Below are positions 49,547-60,163 of a stretch of 60,163 nt of DNA, piece after piece. Both the position numbers and the translations under genes were made by a program. Every line of letters starts with the position of its first letter. Within the stretch, counting starts at the first letter, position 1. Source of the DNA: Histomonas meleagridis 2922-C6/04-290x (Eukaryota; Protista; Parabasalia); contig JAANOX010000250.1 of the NCBI GenBank assembly GCA_020184695.1, forward strand, positions 1-60,163, in the 5' to 3' direction. The notes beneath the pieces were generated by a model that was given only the letters and a program-made list of their open reading frames with translations, searched no databases and was not told the DNA's origin.

Positions 49547-50457
49547 ATGCTATTTGAACAACTTGTTGAAGAAAGCAGAGTTCAAGAACAAAATTCAATT
49601 AGACCAAATTCTTAAAACACATACAATAGTTATATTAAAACGTATGAAAAAAAAATTTAAAGAAATTGAAGGAGCACCTGAACCATTTCCTATTACAGAT
49701 GAAAAAATGGCATTCTTATGTTATATTGAAGATATTCAAAAAAAAAAAGGCAACTTTAAATACAATTAAATTATATGTTGCTTCATTTTCACATTATTTT
49801 CGTATAAATGATTAAAATGATTTAACAAAAAATGCCAAATTTAAAGAATTTTAAAAATCAATTAAATTAAGTTTAACTTTAAATCCCCCTTATCAAAAAA
49901 AAGGGGTATCCAAAGAAATAATGTCCAAAATTGTCAATCAAATTGATTTGACAAAATACTATAATTTACGATTTATGACTGCTATAAGTTTGATGCATTA
50001 TGGATTTTTAAGAATTTCTGAACTTACAAATTTAAAATAAAATGATATATTAATTGAAGAAAATGGAATTACTTTAAATATTCGAATTTCAAAAAATGAT
50101 TCATTTGGAAAAGGATGTATTTGTTATATTCAAAATTCGAATACACCTTATTCTCCTTATATTTTATTAAATAGACTTGAACAATTTCCCAATGTTAAAT
50201 CAAAAACATATCCATACAAATATAATATATCCAATTTTAATTCTAAATTAAGAATTCTTATTGATTTAATTGGTATTAAAGATACTCAAAATTATTCTTC
50301 TCATAGTCTTAGAAGAGGAGGAACTACTGAAGCTGCAAGAGCAGGAATTCAAAATAATGTAATAAAACAACATGGTAGATGGAAATCTGCAATTTTTATG
50401 TTAAACACCTCAATTGAAAGAAAAGAAGCTGGGAAAATTATCACCGATTTAATTTAA
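49547..50457 (+). pseudogene. DIRS/Crypton-type tyrosine recombinase, multiple lesions
   Basis: MLFEQLVEES...RPNS, TYNSYIK, FLRISEL, HSLRRGG, HGRWKS. The catalytic Tyr codon is AAC here and TAC in the copy near 1825. Confidence 0.85.
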
Positions 50458-50630
50458 GTAAACAATTAATTTTTATTTTTAATAAAAAATATGTTTTTTA
50501 TTGGAAAATCTTGAGTATAATAAATGATTTAAAATTAACGGTGATTCATTGAATTTTTTTCTGAACAAAAAGTTGTATAGAATTGAAAGTTTTATCGTTT
50601 CAACCGCCGCTTCGCGGCGGTCATACTATA

Positions 50631-52375
50631 CAGATTTGAATAAAAAGGTACTAACCCTTTTTGCACTTTTTTGTCACTTTTATTTTTGAAAATGAAGAAA
50701 TCAAGCGATGCATTCAAGACACCCGCAATTCCAATTGATGAATTTAAAGAACGACTTAAGGGAACAATTTTAAGTGAAGCAGATATAAGGTCATTATTAA
50801 GAAATCCTGAATTTCGATCATTACAATTTCGAAACGAACAAGTACTTTTTTTCCGTGAATATTGCGAAAATGTATGTCACGCTTTGTTTAATAACAAAAG
50901 GCTCGGAGAGATATTCGATGTAAGTCATGGAGTCATTGCTAATATTAGAAAAAAAGCTAAAAATGCAAAAAAAGATTTAGGGCGCCCCAGAATTTTTAAT
51001 GATGAAGAAGAAAATCAAATAATTGAATATATAATTGAAATGGCAGGAAAAAACGAATTCCTGACGAAACAAGAATTATTACTGTACATAAAGACAAAAT
51101 TTGGTAAAGAAGTTACAAAAGGATGGCTTGCTGGATTCTTTGAAAATTATAAAGAAAAAATCGGTTTTACTAAAGCAATACCCCAAGAAAATACAAGATT
51201 AAGTATACCTAGAGAATTTCTTGATGAACATATCGAAAATATTAAAAAATATGTCATTGGTAAAGCAGCCGAATTGGTTTTTAACATTGACGAGATGGGA
51301 ACCAGCGAATGGGAAGATAAGAAGATAAAAGCGGTTATAGCACCAAGAAATATGTGTCAAGGACCTGTTATGGTACCTGTAAAACGTTCAATTAGGCATC
51401 AAACATTAATTTCATGTATAAGTGCAGCAGGTGATGCCATAACCCCAATGACAATTGCTTCTAGTTATCGAGTTTATGATATCTTTCGTACTGGTATAAG
51501 AAATGGAATTGACTTGAAAATTTCGATATCAAATCCTCCATACGTGAAAAAAGAAATATTTTACGATTATATCACAAATGTATTTATTCCCTATGTTAAT
51601 AATCAGCGAAGTATTGAAGGATTTTCAGATTAATTTGCTGTTTTATTTATGGACAATCATTCCTCACATTGCGATCCTGAAATTTTGAAAATTATTGCTG
51701 ATAATCGAATAATTGTTATAACATTCCCTCCTCATACATCTAACCTTTTTCAAATGCTTGATTTGGTAATATTTGGTGCTCTTAAAAATGTTAAAAAAGG
51801 TCTCACATCGAAGAAAACCTTGAATGATGTTGCAGCATTAGCTGAAAAGGTTTTCAGGGCATATGAACAAGTTACGACCAGCACTAATGTTCGTTCAAGC
51901 TTTGAAAGAGCTGGTATATCTACTGACCTTAATGATAATATTAGGAGAATAATTTTTGATGAGGAAAAGGTTCGAAATTCATTCGAGTTTTCTGAGATCT
52001 GGAATATAAATTTTGATAAATCCAATTTATCACAAAGAAAATTAAATACAAACTGGGGTTTTATTAACAAAGAATACTTCCCAGAAGGTATCTTTGAATA
52101 AACACCGAAAATTTTAAAAATATCTAAAATTTAATGAGATAAACGAAAAAATTTAAAATTTGAAAAAGTGCGTATAACATCTCACCTGATTAAATATTCA
52201 AAATTAAAGTTTAGTATTAATAATTAAATCATATATATTTTATATATTTATAATAAATTTAATCTTAAATATAGTCTATCAAAAGATATTTTAATTTTTT
52301 TTGTTCAAATTTCTGAAAAAGTGCTTAAGGGGTTAGTACCTTTAAATTCGGTTAGTACCTTTTTATTCAAATCTG
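50631..52375 (+). mobile_element. pogo-like transposon, nearly intact
   Basis: Perfect 26-bp TIR CAGATTTGAATAAAAAGGTACTAACC, TA TSD. ORFs 50671..51633 and 51649..52101 share a frame with a single TAA between them; FNIDEMG, MDNHSSH, FQMLD. Confidence 0.93.
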
Positions 52376-52620
52376 TAAAACTTATAATTTCTTGTTACAA
52401 AATTGATTTTAGACCATATGTATTAATTCAAATACTCCACAATATAGTGATGGGATATATATTTATTTATTTTAAAATCTGTAAGAGAACCTCGATCCGG
52501 AAACATCCTCTCTAAAACATAAAAGAAGAAGAAAAAAAAATCAAATTAGCCGAAATCAGTTCGATAGTTTGTTACCATAGAAAAAATAGAGGTGATTTTA
52601 GGCTTGTTGTTTTTAGTGAA

Positions 52621-53238
52621 TTAAATTTGGGAATAGTTTGATGGATTCGAAAACTTATTTTTGAATCTTTCCCATTTGTTGGTCGCTTTCTTTTGAGACA
52701 TATCAGGGCCGATGTCGTCATTTGGATCTACTTGTGGCATTTGGAACACATATTGTTGTTGTGGTTGATATTGAGGACCAGGTGCTTGGTTACCTTTACC
52801 TGGCAAATATTCGCGGTACGCTTGTGCATTTGGAGGCCATCTGAGAAAGTCTGGTGGGAAGATATGAGTTTGAGAATCTTGACTTGGTCTTGGAGGTTGT
52901 GCTTGATATTGAGGCTGTGGTGGACGTTGTTGGTATTGAGGCTGTGGCTGATATTGAGGCTGTGGTTGATATTGAGGTTGAGGCTGTTGTGGAGGATATT
53001 GTTGAGGCATTGGTTGATATTGCGGTTGTGGAGGATACTGCTGATATTGGGGTTGTTGTGGAGGATATTGTTGAGGCATTGGTTGAGCAGGTGTATCAAG
53101 CATTTGTGTAATTACAGAATCAATATTTCCATTTTTTTGTCTAACTATTTGTTCTATCTGCATTCTGGAGTGTTGCGGAAACATTTCTTGAACTTGACGT
53201 ATAACATTCTGAATGTCTTCTTCTCTGATCGTTGACAT
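52621..53238 (-). CDS. Host CUE-domain protein with Q/P/Y-rich low-complexity linker
   Basis: IRQVQEMFPQ...IEQIVRQKNGNIDSVITQML matches the CUE MFP motif pattern. Confidence 0.75.
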   Translation of the reverse strand: MSTIREEDIQNVIRQVQEMFPQHSRMQIEQIVRQKNGNIDSVITQMLDTPAQPMPQQYPPQQPQYQQYPPQPQYQPMPQQYPPQQPQPQYQPQPQYQPQPQYQQRPPQPQYQAQPPRPSQDSQTHIFPPDFLRWPPNAQAYREYLPGKGNQAPGPQYQPQQQYVFQMPQVDPNDDIGPDMSQKKATNKWERFKNKFSNPSNYSQI

Positions 53239-53599
53239 TATTTGTAAAATTTGTTTCGACGGTTAAACGGTGAATATCCTTGTCAAACGACCGTTTAAAT
53301 AATGTAACTTTTTGTTCGAGTAAACTGGAAAAAAATCGGCAGTATCGGTTTCACTTTTTGAACGTGATTTTAGGCCGATCGAAAAGTGCCACAACAAGTG
53401 TTCATTTAAATATCTAACCATAACAACATTATTTTTGTTCCATAATTTTACAAAAAACTTATCCATAAAATTATAAATAAGTTTATTTTTGATCATAAGG
53501 AATCATCATCAAATTTAATTGATTATTAAAGTTTTTAAAACCGTTGGATTTAATTAAAAAAGTTTTGGTTTTTGTCAAAAAACTGCAATTCTTCGAACA

Positions 53600-54163
53600 A
53601 TGGCCACGACAATTAAAGTTGTTGTACTTGGTTTAGGTGCTGTAGGGAAAAGTTGTTTAACAGTTCGTTTTATCAAAAATACATTTCAGGAAGAATACGA
53701 GCCAACTATATCTGACACTTATAGTAAAACAATTTCACTTAATAACCATCAATATTCAATCGATGTTTTAGATACAGCAGGAATGGAAGAAACAGAAGCA
53801 GTTGGCCCACAAGTTTATAGAGATAGAGATTGTTTCATCATTGTTTATGCAATTAATGATCGTGCTTCATTTGACAACGTCAATAAAGTTTATAACAACA
53901 TCCAAAGGTACAAAGATTCTAATCAATTCCCCTGTATTATATGTGCAAATAAAATTGACTTAGAAAATGATCGTGTAATTAAATTTGAAGAAGGAAAAGC
54001 TCTGGCGGATAAATTTTCAGCTCAGTTTCTTGAAACTTCTGCTAAAACTGGTGCTAATGTTCAAGAAATTATGGAAACTGCTATAAGAGAATACTTAAAA
54101 TTTAACAACACTGTTGTTCCTCCTCCACCAGAAAAAGAATGCAAATGCTGCAACATTTTTTGA
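53600..54163 (+). CDS. Host Ras/Rap-family small GTPase
   Basis: GLGAVGKS, YEPTISDTY, DTAGM, NKID, ETSAK, C-terminal CAAX CNIF. Confidence 0.95.
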   Translation: MATTIKVVVLGLGAVGKSCLTVRFIKNTFQEEYEPTISDTYSKTISLNNHQYSIDVLDTAGMEETEAVGPQVYRDRDCFIIVYAINDRASFDNVNKVYNNIQRYKDSNQFPCIICANKIDLENDRVIKFEEGKALADKFSAQFLETSAKTGANVQEIMETAIREYLKFNNTVVPPPPEKECKCCNIF

Positions 54164-54268
54164 AGTATTATTGTCTAAACAATCGCAGCTCGTTTCTATT
54201 TGATTTTTTTGGAAAAATTGAATAAAAAGTGGTGTATCGTTTGACGGTTATGAGTAAAAAGTGACAAT

Positions 54269-55159
54269 ATGAAGGGCTGGGATCCATTTCATTCTTCAGA
54301 TTCATTTTTCGGTCCAAATAATGAAAGTAACGGTGAGTTCGAAGATGCTTTTGCACTTGCTTTGAACGAAATTGATAAAGATTCATCTCTCAAATTTAAT
54401 AATCCTTTTGATCATCATCCTAATTTCACACGAGATGTTCCACAACAACACAGGCGGGCCGTTTCCTCCCCAATGCGGATAGTCAATTCTCCCACACAAA
54501 ATACTTGTTCAATTGAACAACCACCAATTGCACTATCTTCTTTTGATTTAAATCCAGTTTCACAAGTCCAACGACTTACAAGAGAATTTGTCTTACCACA
54601 GCAAGTTCTATATCACACCATAGATGATCCGTATGCATCATATTGTGAGTTTCTAGCAGCTTGTAATGATTCAAATCTCACCCTCAATCCTCATGCCTTA
54701 GGTTTTATTCCTTCTTCCCTTTGGGCTGATCGCGTTATAACATTTGGTGATATTGTAACAAATTTTTTCCAGAAAAAGAGCAACGCCAACAGTAAATTCT
54801 CACACAAACTATTTAATGCGCTCAAGCTGAGTGAGTTATCACCCGTATTCTCCAAATTTGCTGGTGTTACTTGGTTGACGCCATATATATTACGCGTTGA
54901 TAAAATAATTTTTGCCAGTCTTTTGGGAATAAAGTCTATTGATGGGTCTCTTTTCCATCAGCAAGGCAACTTCCCATCTCATGGATTTTTCGAAATTGGT
55001 GCTGGCGATGTGATCAAATACTGTCCGCCTGATATAGACCTAACAGGTGTAGACTTCGAAAACGTGCGTTTGCTGGTGCATTCCGAGCATAGATTTCGAC
55101 AAGGTTGCACAGAAGAGGATATTGAGCCATGCAAATGGAAAACGCGCATAAAAAAATGA
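54269..55159 (+). CDS. Host initiator-binding-domain (IBP39-like) transcription factor
   Basis: KKSNANSKFSHKLFNAL...GVTWL...RVDKIIFASLLGIK resembles the IBP39 IBD (RKSSRDPNSRFPRKL...GLSW...LVMGIK, recalled from memory). Confidence 0.7.
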   Translation: MKGWDPFHSSDSFFGPNNESNGEFEDAFALALNEIDKDSSLKFNNPFDHHPNFTRDVPQQHRRAVSSPMRIVNSPTQNTCSIEQPPIALSSFDLNPVSQVQRLTREFVLPQQVLYHTIDDPYASYCEFLAACNDSNLTLNPHALGFIPSSLWADRVITFGDIVTNFFQKKSNANSKFSHKLFNALKLSELSPVFSKFAGVTWLTPYILRVDKIIFASLLGIKSIDGSLFHQQGNFPSHGFFEIGAGDVIKYCPPDIDLTGVDFENVRLLVHSEHRFRQGCTEEDIEPCKWKTRIKK

Positions 55160-56559
55160 CTTGATAAATTGTTAAGAAAGCACTCCAAAAATTTAATAAA
55201 TGTGTGTAAAAATTCAAATTGGTTCTGAAGTGTTTTTGGTTAAAGCAAAACTGTGTATAAAGCTTTGGTTTTCACACATCGATTACATTGATTTTTTTTA
55301 ATAAAATATTAAAATAATTTTTGGCTCTTGTGGGTGGTACTATTTGGATCCATTTATACGAAGAGTTAGATTATGAAATGAGCAAATTTTCCGTTAACTC
55401 AGCAAAGAGGTTGTCATCAAGTATTGCAAAATTTTCACAATAACCAAATTTTCCCAATCATGTTGCGAACAGGGCAATCTGATTTTCCCTGAAAAAAGTG
55501 ACATACATGTCAAAATATTTGGCGCCATATAACCGTCCAATCAGTTGTCCACATGTGAATGGAGGATTCAATTTATAATTGCATATTATCCGCCTTCGTT
55601 CCATTAAAGGAACAAAACACAACTAATATCAGTCAACTAAAATTATGTTTGAATAAGCACATGAGTAAAAATTCGAATTTAATGATTTCACAACATATGA
55701 TTCACAAATAAATAAACAACAAAACAATACTCAACAACTTATGCCAACACCTGATATTTTTATTAATTATCTTAATTCAATAATAGACACGAAAATTGAA
55801 CAATTTCAACCAGATTTAAATTAAAGACAAACCAATTTCATTTAATTGCCCATTTACATGTGTTGATTCACATTATAATTGAAATCAAACTTTATATATA
55901 AAGTATAAGTGTAAATCGCATAGATATCAAGAAAAAAATTAGTGTGATGCAAATTTTATTATATATATATACAAAAATAAAATGCGTTGGAAGGTACATT
56001 TGGTCATGCGAAATATTGGACAGATGATAAAATATTACCTTTGGTTAGATATTATCAAGATTTTTATTAGAGGTTCAAAGATATAAATAAAAAATAATTA
56101 AAAAATACAACATAATGATTTAGGTCATGAGATATATAACGGTCCACTTTTAGAAAAATTTGCTGATATTATTCGATATCGATATGAACAACATTTATCA
56201 ATTCCCAATCATTTATTTATTAATTCATACAATTGTAATTGCATTGATGATTTACCATGTATACATCTAATACATTCAAGAATTATTCGCGAGCTCTCAA
56301 TTTTCTGAGTGGGAGAATGGGTTTCAATGGGTGAGAGAAAAGTGGGAGAATATGGGGATAATTGGATGGTAAATGGGAGAAATTGAATGCGACAGTGGGG
56401 GAAATTGTGTATTTCAATTCAAATTTCAATTGGGAGATTCAAATTAATATTTGGAATTTTGTTCTTTGATTTCAAAATTGTATTTATCACTTAATTATGC
56501 TACTAGTGCTTATATGTATAATTTTATTCAAAAGTGTATTGAAAAGGGGCATTGCTCGA

Positions 56560-56870
56560 AAGAACAATTAATATTGCTGAAATGTTTAAATATGAAAAAA
56601 TGGTTATTAATTCCGTACGTGAAAAGTTAATTTATTGGTTTACAGAAGATATTAATAATTTACCATTACAACCACAAAGAAATTTCGAAACACATAGATA
56701 TTTCTAATTTCTTTAATCTGACAATGGTTGGAAACCTTTTTCAATAATTTGCTCACTTCTTCTAACTATTCGAGCAACAGAGGTATCAGCAGAACGAGGG
56801 TTTTCTAAATTTAAAAAAAATTAAATTCGATTTAATAACAAGAATGAGAGAACAGTTAGAAGAAGCCGAT
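56560..56870 (+). pseudogene. hAT transposase dimerisation-domain remnant
   Basis: LLTIRATEVSAERGFS at ~56758-56806. Confidence 0.6.
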
Positions 56871-56929
56871 ATTTTTCTTGTATAATTTTAATAAAAATAT
56901 ATTATAATAAATTTTAGTTGTTTTTTATT

Positions 56930-57573
<644 letters not shown>

Positions 57574-58542
57574 AATATACTCATCTGGCATGACATGCCA
57601 TGCTACAGTATAGAAAAAGTCGATTGAATGAATTTGATCGTTACACGCGAGAAAATTAATTGCTTCCAAAAAAGTGGCAGCCTCAACACACAGATTCTTA
57701 AATTTGAATAGATTTGAGAGCAATATGCAAAACTGAGGCTTTGATTCAGAAATAATAGAATTCATTTGTATGATGTTGAAATATTCAATCAGTTGTCAGA
57801 ATATTCTCCAGTCAAAAAGCCAATATCGTTATTTGTACCCAATTTGCTTACAAATAATTGAATACATTGTATAATGTCAAAACATATTATGAAAATATAA
57901 GGTTACAATTAATCTTCTCAAATTTGGCGCCATTCATATATTTGGTGTTGTCAGCCTCTCTGCAGATTATCATTCAGTAATTATCATTCAGATGATTATT
58001 ATACAGTAATTATTTTAAATGATTATACTGCATTAAATATCATTCAGTAATTATTATTCAGAAAATTGTTATACATTATTTATCCCATTTTGTTGTTGAT
58101 AATTTGATCAAAATTAAATTATTTTTTAAATTAATCATTTCAATTGATCTTATTGATACAATAAGATCTTTTATGTCTAAGCATCCAATTTTTTTTCGAA
58201 TATTTGTATGATGGATCAGGCCACCCACTGATAATTTTATTACTATTATATGAATAAATATCGATAATTATTGACTATATCAGAGTTTTATTAATTTTAT
58301 TAAATTAAATTTTTAAATCTCAATTAGATTGCATTCAAAATTTAGTTGATGATTATTAAAACATTATATGCTAATTTATGCATTTATTCATCATTAATTA
58401 TTCTATTCATTCATTTTATTCATTCATTATTATTTATCATAATGTATTTTAAATATTTATCATTCATCATTATATATTATTGATCATTTATTGTTATATT
58501 TATTTATGAATAACATTATGCATTACATTAATGAATGACAAT

Positions 58543-58673
58543 ATGAATAACATTATACAATACACTAATGAATAACATCATACAATACATTAATGAATAA
58601 CATTATACAATACATTAATGAATAACATTATACAATACATTAATGAATAACATCATACGATACACTAATGAAT
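58543..58673. repeat. 25-bp minisatellite, 5 copies plus a partial
   Basis: Unit ATGAATAACATTATACAATACATTA. Confidence 0.9.
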
Positions 58674-58899
58674 CACAATATTAATAACATTATACATTGT
58701 TTTATACATTAAATAATATATTTCACATTTAATGAATATATATTGTCATTTTTCGATTATTTACAATGAGGATTATGTATTTTTTATTATAATATTTTTA
58801 TTTGAAATTTTTCTATTATTGATTTTCTTTACACATATTTTCCCGAATTTTTTATTCTTTTTTCCACCCAGGCCCTCTCTCCTTTTCCCAGGTATTCCT

Positions 58900-60050
58900 T
58901 TTACTCTACTCATTTTTACGGTTTTCCTATCGTTTATTTCAGAATTTTATTTCTATGATGATCATCATTATCCACCAATTCTCATTTTTGTGTTATCTCG
59001 TTCCAAGAGAATCGTGGTATTTTTATTGTAAAAGCTAATTTTATAAAAGGTATGGGATCTGGTAATGGTTTCAGATCAAAATTTTCGTCATCTTGAATTT
59101 TTAATGCATTATAAAAAACTTCGTTTTTTTCAAAAAATTAATTTGATGTACAAAATATTTTTCATAACTCGACCGGAAAGTATCTTATCTGAAATTAATG
59201 CAAGGTTGACTTTCAAATTGTTATATTTGTTTTTCATTCCATTTTCCAGTTTTTGAATGGTTGTGAAAAATTGTGAGATATTTGGATATTTCCCAATTGA
59301 ATTACTGATTTTTCTATTGAAATTTTCGTTAATATTATTTGTCAAAATGTCACTTCTGGGTTTGCCTTCAGAATTCCAATAATCGTTAGAATATTTTCTA
59401 TAAAAAGTTTTAATGAAGTATTTAATAAACTTCTGCATGCTTCCATCAATGCATTCAATTTCAAGTGAAAATTCAATGATATGACAGGACTTTTTTTCGG
59501 AATTCTTGGTAAAATATTAATTGTTTTGATTAAATCCTGCTTGAGTATAATGAAAGTAACAATTGTAGTGAATTTGATTTTATAATGGAAACTTCTTTTA
59601 TTGCATTGATTTCTGCTGCTTCAAAATCGCAGATTAATTTAACGTCATCCTCGAAACCGTTACCGAATTTTTGTAAACTATTTTTAAAAGTTTGGAATGC
59701 ATAAATATATGTTGCTTCATTTATATCAGGTAATAATAAGTATTATAAGGGAATGTTCATAATACTTGTCTTATATCTAAATATTAATAATTGAGAATAA
59801 TCAATTGGCGATGAGTAAAAAGTGCCATCAATTCCAATAATTATGCTGTTATCAACACAAGAAATAATAAAGTCGGATGAAAATCATATTATTGGCTTTT
59901 TATCATTACCGAGTTGGAATAATACAAATCGTTCATTACTTCATGTTAAAGATATTTCTATTAAAATTATATTTTCTTAAATTATTATATATAAATCGTG
60001 AAGATAATTTCTAATTTTTTCTTGTGAAACTGTGTTTTTTATAGAATCTT
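58900..60050 (-). pseudogene. MULE transposase relic
   Basis: IGIDGTFYSSP near 59810-59840 and LTNNINENFNRKI. Confidence 0.7.
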
Positions 60051-60056
60051 GATATT

Positions 60057-60163
60057 GGTATATATATAATGCGGTCGGGAATGATCACGAGGACCCTAGG
60101 GGCCCCGCCTCCGGCGGGGCCCCTGGGGTCCTCGTGATTATTCCCGACCTTTAGTTTTCACTG
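60057..60163 (+). mobile_element. Left terminus of another element-A family copy (runs off the window)
   Basis: GGTA..TATATAATGCGGTCGGG start, a 37-bp-arm hairpin (60073..60149), then AGTTTTCACTG as in the A TIR. Confidence 0.8.

Larger units (their letters stand above)
49392..52383 (+). mobile_element. Tyrosine-recombinase element with ~110-bp hairpin TIRs; pogo inserted in the right TIR
   Basis: Left TIR 49392..~49500; right TIR ~50529..50630 plus 52376..52383 after removing the pogo element. Confidence 0.75.

Noticed and set aside
52693-53235. Three + strand ORFs (52693, 52728, 52854)
   Set aside because: Antisense shadows of the low-complexity CUE gene.
58543-58673. Possible CRISPR-like array
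   Set aside because: Head-to-tail 25-bp units without unique spacers, no cas genes, eukaryotic context.

Overview
AT-rich eukaryotic DNA, most likely from a parabasalid protist (Trichomonas/Tritrichomonas/Histomonas lineage). Support for that host: an IBP39-type initiator-binding-domain gene and TCA(Y)T Inr motifs just before ATGs. About 85-90% of the window (estimate by eye) is nested mobile DNA; a three-gene host island at 52.6-55.2 kb encodes a CUE-domain protein, a Ras-family GTPase and an IBD protein. Main discovery candidate: a completely bounded virus-like element (8945..22989, ~11.7 kb without nested mariners) with GGTAGG...CCTACC inverted termini and a 6-bp target duplication (AGATAC/AGACAC). 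It encodes a retroviral-type integrase, an A32-like packaging ATPase, a putative major capsid protein, a phage-like fibre, amphipathic membrane-active peptides and a chromodomain-like protein, but no recognisable DNA polymerase, primase or helicase. Rearranged relatives lie at 40626..48530, and another terminus starts at 60057. Also present: two endogenous CRESS (ssDNA) virus remnants, one next to a chromodomain ORF; a tyrosine-recombinase-only element with hairpin TIRs; PIF1 helicase remnants, one with a perfect 34-bp-arm palindrome; an intact Merlin transposon; a 7-kb Merlin-like element; mariner, pogo, MULE and hAT relics; a REL-endonuclease non-LTR fragment; and a truncated tRNA-Gly. All protein calls come from manual motif reading; no database search was run.
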